This document shows, piece after piece, positions 52,526 to 63,474 of a stretch of DNA of 64,000 nt. This stretch comes from Podarcis pityusensis. Its lineage: Eukaryota. Positions within the stretch are counted from its first letter, which is position 1. The number at the start of each line of letters is the position of its first letter. The DNA is taken from the NCBI GenBank assembly GCA_964106645.2, contig OZ067041.1. The stretch is one strand, 5' to 3'. The notes under the pieces are model-generated. The model saw nothing but the letters and a program-made list of their open reading frames with translations. It was not told the DNA's origin and did no database searches. A program made the translations under genes and the position numbers.

Positions 52526-52879
52526 ATGACTGGCCTGAGAGGGAAATGACAAACAATTCCTCTAACCACTTAGAAGAGCCCAATTGTAATGAGGTGACCA
52601 ACCTGAAGGTGTGCATTGAATTAACAGGGCTCCATCCCAAAAAGCAGCGTCACCTGCAGCATCTTAGGGAACTGTGGGAGCAGCAGGTGTCACCAGAGAG
52701 ATCCCCACCCGGCAAGTTGGGCCGGCAAAGCAGGAAAGATTTAGCTGAGGCTGTTCAGCCAGAGGCCACTGCAAAGGTCAAAGACTGCACAGAAGAAAGG
52801 CACACCAAGAAAAGGTCAGAGGTCAAAAGCAATAGAAGTTGGTCTGAAGAGTCCCTCAAAACAAGTGACAATGAACAAG
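52526..52879 (+). CDS. BCOR: BCOR exon 8 homologue (long form including 8a)
   Basis: TAG|(D)[18 protein letters not shown]...[19 protein letters not shown]...[16 protein letters not shown]|GTATG; 354 nt; AF9-binding LKVCIEL; internal acceptor at 52628. Confidence 0.97.
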
Positions 52880-54607
52880 GTATGCAGAGATTACTAGGGA
52901 AATCTAGCATTACTTAGTGACGCATGCTGCCACCAGTGCTAAGAAGCTGTCAGTAGTTTTTTGGGTAGAAGTTTTATATTATATTATATATAATATAAAA
53001 TTTTACTATGACCATATAAAGGACTTAAAGTGCCACTATTAAACCACTTATGCTTGTTTTGCCAAATCTGTAGTGTGTGGTGCTAATTGTGTTTTAATGC
53101 CACATCCTAGATGTGTGTGCTGTCTGTGTCGTGTGATTCCCTCCCCGCTTCAAATTGGGGGGGGGGGGGCGGGGGCGGGGAAGAGAATACCAAAACCCTA
53201 AAATATTTTTGTCTGTAGGTTCTTTTTGGTCATTTTTGCTTTTTGATATTCTTAACAGTTTTTGACTTCATAACAGTCCCCCCCCCTCAACTTTACCAGT
53301 CAGGAATGATTTTGATTTCATAACAATTTTTGACACGTATGAATGAGTGTAGATTAAGGAAGATAGTATGAAGAGTACTGCGTCTTTTAACCACTTGTGG
53401 GAATTCACTGCTCCATTAGGTTTGAACTTCTGAGTTAATTTTTCCCTGCTCTGGAAAGCTGGAGGGAAGAAAGAGGCCTCCTTGTGTTCCATTCTCTTTA
53501 TGCCAGGAAAGGTGCACAGGTGTCTTTCCCCAAATCTTTTCTGCTTTGTGGTTAAATGCAGACTAGCTGAGTTCTTCTACCTAGCCTGCTTTACCACTTC
53601 TTTCTTCTCTTTCCTAATTAGTCGTCGTCACTTTTGTATATACTGCATCTTCTACACATAGATTGTACTGAAAGCCAGTTCACAGGAAATAAAATGACAA
53701 TTTAAATATAACGACAAGCAACGTAGCTGTCACACACAATAAAAATCTATAGAAACCCACTATAACATTGAAATATAAGATTTCATCTCCAACTGGGAGC
53801 AGGTCTTTGGGAAAGAGCTTCTGAGGGTCAAATTATATGTTATGTTAAATTCTTGTTTAACCCTTTCTCCTTGCACTGTTGTTCTGACTAATATCACTCC
53901 TCAGAGCTGCTATAGGTACCAACAGCAGGTTCCCTGTAAGAGCAAATAGCAGCTGGAGAAGGGAGGGATTTTAATCAGGACCGTGGTGCAGGGGGAAAGG
54001 GTCAATGCCCTTCCCATGTGCTGTACTCCAGATCACAGCTGCTGTGTCTTAAAATAAAAACAAAACCTGAAACATATTAAATCAAATCATGCATTTAATG
54101 TAACACATAGTTTGGCCTCTACCATTTCAGACCGTGATAGGCAGAGTTTTGGTTTTTTGTTTTTATATGGGAGAAAATTCTGTTACTGAGAGCAGAGATC
54201 TGAATCGTTGAACGTTCTCCCATACAAAAAGACTCCCTGCGCCCGGAAAGCAATCATATGGAAAATGAGCCTTCTTTGCAACATGCTAGTTTTCCAGGTA
54301 TGGGGATATTTATTTATTTTGGAACAGAGGAACATTGAAGTGCAAGTCCCTACTTCCTGCCTGAAAAGTCCAGCCACAAGTTTCACCCTGGTGAAAACTA
54401 GGCCTAAGTCTACAACAGCTAGAGGATTCACCACTTTCTTATATGTTTTTTAAAAAGTTTTTTTAAGACAAGAGAGAGAATCCTTCATTAGATAGACAGA
54501 TCAGACTCATGAGTCAAGCCCTTGGTTTCTATTCCATTCAGACATTGCTTGATCTTACAGAAACAGAATTTAAGAAACCTTGATCTGATGCACTGTGAAT
54601 TCAGATA

Positions 54608-54812
54608 CAGTCATACCTTGAGTTGAATGCACTTCGTGTTACTTCCGGGTTTTGCCGCTCGCGCATGCACAGACGCTCAAAATGACATCACGTGCATGCG
54701 CGGTAGCGGCAAAACGCAACACACGCAGATGCGCCGTCACGTCTTTTGTGTTCCATTCAGGATGCGAACGGGGCTCCGGAACGGATCCCGTTCGCATCCC
54801 GGGGTACCACTA
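54608..54812. mobile_element. Tc1/mariner-type MITE
   Basis: TA|CAGTCATACCTTG...GGGGTACCACTA|TA; CpG-rich interior suggests a relatively young copy. Confidence 0.8.
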
Positions 54813-55845
54813 TATTGTTCTTACTCTAAAACCACAGCTAGTCATTCATTTTTATTCATTTCAGTTGTTCTGTTGGTCCCTTTGGGGTTCTGAAGAAGTT
54901 TAGTTCTGATTCCTCTTACCTGAAAATTGTCATGTAAACAAACTCATCATGAACCTCTTTGCTTTCTTTACATTTCCTTCATGTCTTAGGGAATCCTTTT
55001 CTCTCTTCAGGCATGGTCAGTAGAATGTTACAAAAGTGGAATGAACATTGAAGCTATGAGAAATGCATTGTTGGTATTTTAGAGAAGCTGAAAAGGTCAC
55101 TTAGGGTCAATATATCCTGTTTCTGTACACGACATCCTTGCAAAAGGCAACTCTTGAAAGTTAGGTCCTTGCAATGCAGCAAACAGGAGAGACAGCTGCT
55201 TAATGGTTAAGAGCCATAGAACACTGAGAAATTGCTGTTTGGATCTATGAATCCCTTTTCAGAATGCTGCAAGAAACAGACCCAATGCTTTCCTCATTTT
55301 TGGTGTACAAAGGGAGACTTTTTCAAAGGCAGAAATGGGAATTGGGCACTCAACCAGCGTTTCTGATTATGGAAACCGTTTCTGTGTCCTTTGAATTTTA
55401 CACTCCACTCTGCTCTACAAAAAGCAAAAATGGGTTTCCTGAGGTGGAAAGGTTTCAGCAGTTCTATACCTGAAAGAGCAGTATATTCCCACTTTGCTAG
55501 CATGTCATTACAGGTAAGGAAGCCTCTTCTCTCATCTGCATCCATATAAACAAGTACACTGAGAAGGAGGCCTGATTCATATCTACTTTGCCACGATGCT
55601 TAGATGGTGCAGTGCTAGACTGTGTGGTTGTTTACTGTGCTTAGATCTCGGAACAGCAAACTTTGTTTAGCAGATGTACCCACCCATTACAATTACTTTT
55701 TATCGCTTATAGTCCAAATGTGGAATTGCTTAATGCAAATGTAAAAGTTTTAAAATAATGTGTCATGTGTTAGGTGTGTGTGTGTGTGTGTTCTCTTTCC
55801 TTTCAACACACTATGCAATGTATGATGCCTTTCCTCCCCATTTAG

Positions 55846-56174
55846 GTATCCCTCCATTCCCAGCATCTCCGCACATGAAGACCCTTTCATCTACAAATAT
55901 AAACAGCAAAAGGCAAGCCCAGCCAAGCTGTACTCCAGTTTCAAGGTTGGCTGCCAAGCAGCAGAAAATTAAAGAAAACTGGAAGACAGATGTGCTGTGC
56001 ACAGACGAGGAAGAAGATTTTCAAGCTGCATCCCTGCTGCAGAAACATGGCGACTGTGAGAAGCCACCAGGGAAACGTCAGTGTAAAACAAAACATTTGG
56101 CACTGCAGGAAAGGAGAAGGAGGTCATCCCTGACAGGAGATGATGTCACTGATCTCGAAAGTGCTGAGGAGAAG
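55846..56174 (+). CDS. BCOR: BCOR exon 9 homologue
   Basis: TAG|(G)[16 protein letters not shown]...[29 protein letters not shown]...KRQCKTKHL...AEEK|GTATCT; 329 nt, phase 1 to 0. Confidence 0.93.
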
Positions 56175-56520
56175 GTATCTTTATTCCAACCCAGTTGTCC
56201 CACTAATATTTCAGGTTTGGCTAATATCAGCCACTTTAAACGCTTAGCTTGTTGTCTTATGTAGTGGCCCTTCCAAGCCCTTTCTGTTTACTTTAAAACA
56301 CATTGTATTGTTCTGCAGTGCTCAATCCACTTTACTCCAGGACACATCTGTGAGGGCTCCTCAGATTCTTTCAGGATTTTGATCTTAAAACTTTTAGAGG
56401 GTATAAATCTAGAAGCCGACACTACTACACTTTTAAAAAGAGAGAGAAAGGAAAATGGATTTTCAATGAATTATTAAGGATGGATGGGTGGGGTGTGGAA
56501 TCCAGTAATGATTTTGACAG

Positions 56521-56795
56521 GTCATAGTTAATGAGGAGAATCTGGAAGCGACCAGAGGCTCCTTCAGACTGTGACTCTTCACCAGTCAAATCACATGAGC
56601 AGGCATTGTACAATCGCCTGCAGCAGCAGAGTCCCTCATTATTGCCTGTCTCTTCAGCCCTCACAGCTGCAGATTGCAAGTGCCCCTCAGGAGACTCCCC
56701 CAAGTCGTCCCATGCCGCCAGAAGCCCGAAGGCTTATTGTCAATAAGAATGCTGGAGAAACTCTTCTGCAAAGGGCAGCCCGACTGGGATACGAG
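56521..56795 (+). pseudogene. BCOR: Frameshifted BCOR exon 10 homologue
   Basis: Homology spread over three frames: VIV / [19 protein letters not shown]...LLPVS / [47 protein letters not shown]; 275 nt (not a multiple of 3); GC donor. Confidence 0.88.
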
Positions 56796-58339
56796 GCAAG
56801 CATTGTTTCTGAAGTTCACTACTCTGAATTACAATGTGGAAGATGCTTGGTGTCACACATAATTCTAACTGTGCACGTGGTTGGAGTCTCTCTTTGTGTT
56901 CCTTCTCAACATGTCGAAATATCTCCAGGCTCTCTGTTCTGTTTCTTTATTCAAGCGTGCAATTAGTATATTTTGTGAGAAGGGCTAGGAAAGAAACAAT
57001 ATAAACCCCTGTAAGTTAATAACCTTGAGCCTGAATAGGCGCCAGTCATTTTCAATAAGAAGTCAGTTCTTGATGTGCTTTGCAGGATGGGGATCGTGAG
57101 TAAGTAGTGGGGGATGGGGATAGATACCCCGATACACAGCCAAAGTTAACATATATGCTACATTTCAGGAAGGTTAATTACCGGCACAGCTTTGGCAGTG
57201 TGAGAGTGTGGACACGCTTCATTTCAGGGCTGCTTTTGAACTTCACATTTTAATGTTATGAATATATATTTTGTGGTGCATTCCCATATTTGAAAAACAA
57301 ACTGGCATTTAGAGCTGGTAAATCACTGGGACTTACAGACTTCAGGTGAAAATAGTCATATGTACAAATAGTTTGGAGATCAGACTTATTAGCAAAGCAG
57401 CTCTATAGGTGCCTATGTCTTTGGGTTTATTTTCCTTTCTACATTTTTAGACATTGCTTGTAAGAATGCTGCCATCCTTAAAATGCTATATATAGAGAGA
57501 GAAAGAGGGCGGGGGATGAGTCCTGACGAATCCTTCTGTTAATTTTGTTTTATGGAAAGGTTTTGTTTACTTCTACCTGTAGCAATAAAATATGAGGTCT
57601 TCAAAAGCAGGGGTGTGGACTGGGGAACTGGTGCCCTCCATATGTTGCTGGACTCCAGCTCCCATAAACCGCAGGGATGATGGGAATGACTTGCTTCCAG
57701 TGGTGGTTATAGAGCTTAGTCAAGCACAAGTCAATCAGAACTTTACCTGTTCTGATCCTTAATCAAGAAGCAGTCAATTTGCTGTACCCCTTTTCCTTGA
57801 TGAAAAAGAGAAGAGAATCAGTTCAGTATGTTGAAGCCTGTGTTGAGGGGCTAGATAGCAATGTGGCAACTGAAATACGGGTAGTGGTGATATATTTAAC
57901 TTCTTGTGTGGTAGGGCAATGTGGCATCTTGTATATGGGAAAAGTCCAGTGATTAAAGTCACAACAGACAATTTCATTCTCCACCGCATCATGGAGCACT
58001 TTCTAGTCTTGTTGTGTTGGATGAGTTTCAGTTAGCAAGACTTATGGACATGGACAAGGTGCTTGACTTGGTTTGGGCAACTACTTCTGCTCTTCTTCCT
58101 TGATGCTCATGGTTTTTTAAAACGGCACGGTTGACCACATCAGAGAGGTGATTAAAGCCTCCTTGCAAGAGGGGGTGGGCCCCCCACCTGTCAAAAGGAG
58201 ATAGTGTTAAGACCACTCCTTAAGAAACACTCTGTGGATTCAGAAAATCTAAATAGAAATTGGTCAGTCACTAATGTTTCCTTCTTGGGCAAGGTTCTTG
58301 TGGGGTTGCAGGACAGATCTTGGGTATCCTGGGTGAAAC

Positions 58340-58820
58340 CAATCTTTTAGTTCCATTTCAGTTGGGATGTAGGCTTGCTTTGGGTGACCCTGTTAGGAGA
58401 GAGACAGAAGAGTGTGTTCCTGTTGCCGCTAATTTATTTCTCAAGGGCTTTTGACACCATTGGTCATTCTATGCTTCTGGAATGACTGTCTGAGCTGGGG
58501 TTAGGTAGCACCACTACCAATCTGACTTGGATGGTTGTTTTCAGAGGGTGGCGTGTGCTGGTTTTGACCTATGTGGCTTTGACCTATGTGGCTCAGCACC
58601 CCAATTCCTCAAGGGCCTCTTCTTCCCACATGAAGGAACCCAGACCCTACTCTGTGTGACCTCCTGTGGGAGGTGTGGAGGGTGAAAACAGGAGAAGGAG
58701 CCTTTTCCATGGTGGCCCCTCTCCCCTGTAAGTGGAGTGCTCTCTCCAGGGAGGCACACCAGTGCCTGTTTCTAGGTACCAGGCAGAGCCATTCTTATTC
58801 ACCTAGGCCTTGGGATCTTA
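58340..58820 (+). mobile_element. Highly degenerate L2 LINE fragments
   Basis: GCTTTTGACACCATTGGTCAT (AFDTIxH RT motif) near 58447 and L2 3'-end-like GGAGCCTTTTCCATGGTGGCCCC near 58698. Confidence 0.55.
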
Positions 58821-61247
58821 ATTTTAGCAGGGTGTGGTGGATCTGGAGCTGTTTTTATGTATGTTAGTTGTGTCTGCTGAGTGCCGATGGGGTGTGTTGG
58901 AACAGAATAGAAAAGGAATGGTTGGCTGACTAGGAGCACTCCCATGCTGCAGCATTTTGTTGCAGGACCCACTTGTCTCTGTAGGATCTATAGGTGTTAG
59001 TAGTGGAGACAGTTCTGAACCTCTGTTCTTCAGCCACATTGGGCTTCTGAGGATGGACATTGAGCACGAACAACAAGAGTTCAGCGCCACCTTATTTATA
59101 TATGTAACAACATTTTACATGAGACGCCCTTGGAAACGTTCTGCTTTTATAGCTACCACATGCCACTGGGAATCTTGCCTCTGACTTTGACGAGGTGTCC
59201 CATAGCTTAATTAATTCAAACTGTATTCCACGAGGCTTCAAGGAAAACAAATAAGGACAGTGCTGAAGGCCCTTTCCAGAGTAAACAGCGGCAAATACCA
59301 GATTAAAACTCCTCCTGAAACAGCTGTACTGAATGCACAGTTTGACGGGGAAAGGGAGAGGCATTCCTAGGTGGTACTCTCTGTGTCTTGACTTGGAGAT
59401 ATCAGTTACATGTCTCCTTTTCCTTCATCATGTCTGCTCAGGGCCAAACGAGATGTGATTGTTTCAGCTCAGTTTTGTGTATTGAAACACTCTGTAGGAG
59501 GAGGATTTTAATAGCAATGTGAGTGTAGTAGGTTGGGTGCCGACTCCACTATGTACCTATTGCTTACCTCTTCATGGACCTTCTCTCCAGAAGCTTTTTG
59601 CTTGGTTGTGTTTCAGAGCTTGGCTGTGGGGCTGGGGCGGGCAAGAGATGCGCCGTAATACCCAGATCACCAACTTTCATTAAGGAAAAAAAGAAAAAGA
59701 AAGTTTATGGCACTTTTAGAACCCAAGCTGTGAAGCAAAATGTGCAGCCCAATTGTGGAAACTCTAGAGAAGAAACACCCTTGCTTGCTTTTCACTTTTC
59801 CACCTTTTATTCTGGTCTTCCCTGGTGGAGAAGGGGTTGCTGCCCTATAGAAAACAATGCGTTTATTCAGGATTCGTGTGTAGCTGTGATTGGGGAATAA
59901 AGTGTTGTTGCACTTATTTTGGAGGGATTTTGTGTAGTGCACGTCAACCCTCAAATGTTGTCCAGTGCTATCCTGGTGTGTGCGGTTTATTTTTTTAGAG
60001 AGAGATGCAGCTGGCAGGGAGGGATGTGAAATTGATTATAGCAGCAGTGCCATTCATGAAGGGCTAGAGGTGTGTGAAAGGAGCAGGGAAAGAATTGCAG
60101 GTTTCAGCATTGAGTGGAAAGATGTTGCCTAGAAGAAAGTCGGATGTATAAATTGAAAAACAACAGAGAAATAGACCTGGAGCCCAATTTTCCCAGAGGC
60201 CATATCTACCCAGGTCTCTTTGCCACTACTCAGTCAACAGATCTAGTTTGATGCTAGCTATGTTTTATTTATTTCTTTGGAGTAATAAATTAACACTCTC
60301 CCCCCCGCCTCCCGCCCATCACCTTGCAGATGTGTAGGCAGAAGTTAATGGCAGATAAGCCATAGGTGAGGGAAAGTCTCTACTCAACACCTGTACATTG
60401 CTTTAAAGTCAGGCATGCACACTCTTTTCTCTCTCTGAGATTTGGACAGTTTACGTGTTTACAACATGCACAACCGTTGTCAGGACTAGATTGGCCCTGC
60501 ACTGGTGTGCAGCTGGCAACCTTTCAAATGACCTCTCTCATGTGACAGGCATAATCAGCTGAAATGCTGTAGTCCGTAAGACAGCCAGAAAAGTGTCTCA
60601 GACCCACAATACAACAAAGTTTTGAGATTTGTTTGTTGACAAACTTGTTTTCTTCATCTCTTAAATATAAATTGACAGGGAATATATTATCTTGAGGGAT
60701 GTTAAAATAACTTGTTTTTTTGTGGTGGTTTTTGTATGACCTTTCTAGTTTTTTGTTGTTGTTTTTTAAAATAAAATTTCTCACCCAAGTGTGTGCTCTC
60801 AACATTTTCCCTCTGTTATTGTACAGGAACATGCTAAAAAAGTCAGTTAATTTGGGAGCGGTGGTGAGGGGTGTGTGTGCATTGTGGATAGGGTTGTAGA
60901 CAGGAAATCCGAGGTTTTCTTCATGGTTTCCCCAGAGGAATGGGGTTTTGCTGGTAGAATGCATTGCAGGCCTCAGCCTAGGAAAGTCTGTTGGCTGCCA
61001 TGATACTTTGGCTGCGAGGGATATTTGCTCATAGGCGTTGCGTTTCCAAATGCCCTTCTTATCTGACTGCTTTATAGAAGGACTCCCCCTGGAACATTCC
61101 TCTTCTCTTCCCCCTCCCCAATTGAAACACTTCCCAGATGAATTGCGCCCCTCCCTCCTGTTTTCTTTAAGTGATAACCTCTGGTGTTAAAGATATCTCC
61201 ATAGCAACAAACAGTTTCTTTTCTCCACCCTTCCTGCCTTTCTCCAG

Positions 61248-61334
61248 GAAGTGGTTCTGCATTGTTTGGAAAACAAGGTCTGTGATGTAAATCACTATGA
61301 CAGGGCTGGCTGTTGCGTTGTAAAGAGACTTTAG
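61248..61334 (+). pseudogene. BCOR: Degenerate, truncated BCOR exon 11 homologue (ankyrin repeat)
   Basis: Strong acceptor TTTCTCCAG| then [24 protein letters not shown] (human [24 protein letters not shown]); homology stops ~61319, TAG at 61332-61334; the LHEACARGW...AQDGTR half is absent. Confidence 0.88.
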
Positions 61335-61721
61335 GCACATTATTCTTTCAGTGATTTCCTTTGCTGGCTTGGACGGAGGATGATGCACAGAATGCTCTGC
61401 GGATCCGTACTCATGGAACATGGATCTAGAGAGGCAGCCTGCCACACGTACTAAAGCAGCAAATGAGACATGCACACACCCCTCTCACACGCAGACACAC
61501 ACATTAAATAGGATTCCCATTTCTACTAGGCTAGAATGCATCACTTTCTAGCTGTCACGGAAGCATTGAAAATAATTCTGTGCTTTGGTTGGTGGAAACT
61601 GAGATGACTTTATAAATAACTATGCATCTTATAAATAACAACACACGGTTGCATGAATATGGCATATGGGCTAGAACTGGCCAGTAGGTGTCATGGTGAA
61701 TGCAGTTTTAAATTCTCTATA

Positions 61722-61967
61722 TTGGGGTTTCCAACCCTTTTGGGCTCAGGGGCACATTTGGAAAATGTTAGAAACTGCCACGTGATGACAAAATACACGT
61801 GTTGCAGAAGAAAAGCTGGTGATACACCAAAACCCGACAAATAACCCACATACTTCCTAAAACAAATAAAACACAAAAAGCTGAGCTCTCCCTCTCCCAA
61901 GCAAAATGCTCACAATCCAATGGCAAAACCAGGCAAGGCAATCTGCATCCAAGCAAAAGAAAAATCA

Positions 61968-62008
<41 letters not shown>

Positions 62009-62380
62009 CGATCACTCATAGCTGAGTAATATTGTCTTCCATAAACACGGTTTTAACAATGAGTCCGTACCACAAACACACAGAGCCCCCTCCAAAAAGC
62101 AGATAACCCCAACATACAAACACAAAAGTCAGGTGAAACACACACCAAGAAACAAAAAAAAATTCTGGCAAAGTGCCACCATTTGGAACCCAGAGGCTTT
62201 CCTAGTGGAAAGGGAGGTAAAAGAGCCAGGGCAGGGTGGCTTTCCAGTCAGTTTAGCATCACCAATGGTAATGAAGAAGGCTTTTTTTTTTAATAGAAAA
62301 AATTAGGAGAGTCGGGTGCAGTGGTGGTCACCAAGTGGGCATCATGGTGCCTGAGGGCATCACAATGGGGAATTGGGGAA
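61722..62380. mobile_element. Old hAT-like non-autonomous element containing a (CT)n tract (61970-62006)
   Basis: Left end GGGGTTTCCAACC...GGGCACATTTGGAA and right end GGTGCCTGAGGGCATCACAATGGGGAA resemble hAT MITE termini. Confidence 0.45.
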
Positions 62381-63259
62381 TTAATGGGCATAGCCAAGGG
62401 AGTAAATAAACCAGGTAAATAAATAGAAATACTTAACTAGCCGGCCAATTGCATCACAGAAAATTCTGTTCTGCCCGCCCCCCCAAACATAAAGCCTGCC
62501 CCTCTAAAATAAATCCTGGCTACACCCATATTTATATTCATCAATCTTAATTGTTCTACACAAGCTTCTGCAATGTGTTTTTTCCAGGATTCCCAATTTC
62601 AGATCCAAACTAGTCATGTGCTATCAGCCACATGTTGTGGAATTCGACAGAGAAGGCTGAGATTTCTATGAATTGAATAAATCATGTTTAAAGAGTTAAC
62701 GAGGCATTTAATTAATTAACCATAAAACTCTGCATTGTTACATCTCATGGTTAATGACACTGGATGAAATCCACTGGGAACTTCTCTAGTTCTGTGGCAA
62801 GAGGCTGAGTGTATGCAGAATGGGTGCCCTCCTTCAGGGATCTTCGTGCAGATTGAATGAATGGGAGTTCAGCAAAGGCATGTGCTCGGGGTTTATGGGG
62901 TGGGGTTGGGGGAATGACAACTAGCCCTGACAATTTCTGACGTACGTGTCACTTAAATATAGGCAAATGCTTATTGCCTGTTGATTTAAAACTCAGAATT
63001 AGTCCTGAGTTTTCTGTGCTAATGTTTTTTGTTTGAAAGCCAAAACTCTGGATGGTCCACAGCTCAGTGTGGCACAATGCATAGATTGGGCACAGAAAGA
63101 GGCCCAGGGTGCATCTAGATAAGGTCTTGCAATCTCAAATGGATCATTTAGAAACTGCAAATGGTTCATTTGCAACCTTAATGAATTTTCCGCAGAAGGG
63201 ATAAATCCAGCTTAAATGGAGAAAAAGAAGGGCTGAGCAATTAGATGCCAATGACATTG

Positions 63260-63474
63260 TGTGGCCTCTGTGAATTGCTTGCATGCATGAGCTCCATTGA
63301 TCCCACAACACTGTCAGTCCCTGGGATTTCCAGGCAATGGATTTGGGGTTGCAAGGCTGAGAAAGAGCTAGTTGTCGAGCTTAGCTCTGTTGCAGAGTCT
63401 CTGCCAGCCAGAGTAGATGATGCAAGCTAGCTGGACCAATGGCCTGATTCATTACAAGGCAGTTTCATATGTTT
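63260..63474 (+). mobile_element. Degenerate Squam3-like SINE
   Basis: 3' part CTGCCAGCCAGAGTAGA...TGGACCAATGGCCTGA...AAGGCAGTTTCATATGTT aligns by eye with 19860-19942. Confidence 0.6.

Noticed and set aside
31274-61334. BCORL1, or a processed pseudogene
   Set aside because: The N-terminus, BCL6-binding peptide and exon 8 are BCOR-specific, and introns and upstream CpG islands are present.
56521-61334. W-linked decaying gametologue (analogous to human BCORP1 on Y)
   Set aside because: Not supported from the window: TE density is ordinary, and BCOR is not expected in the lacertid ZW linkage group (homologous to chicken 4p/17). Male/female read depth would be needed to exclude a transposed copy.
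61648-61676. TTG CAT GAA TAT GGC (LHEYG) as the continuation of exon 11
   Set aside because: Only 3-5 residues match, with no flanking homology; likely chance.
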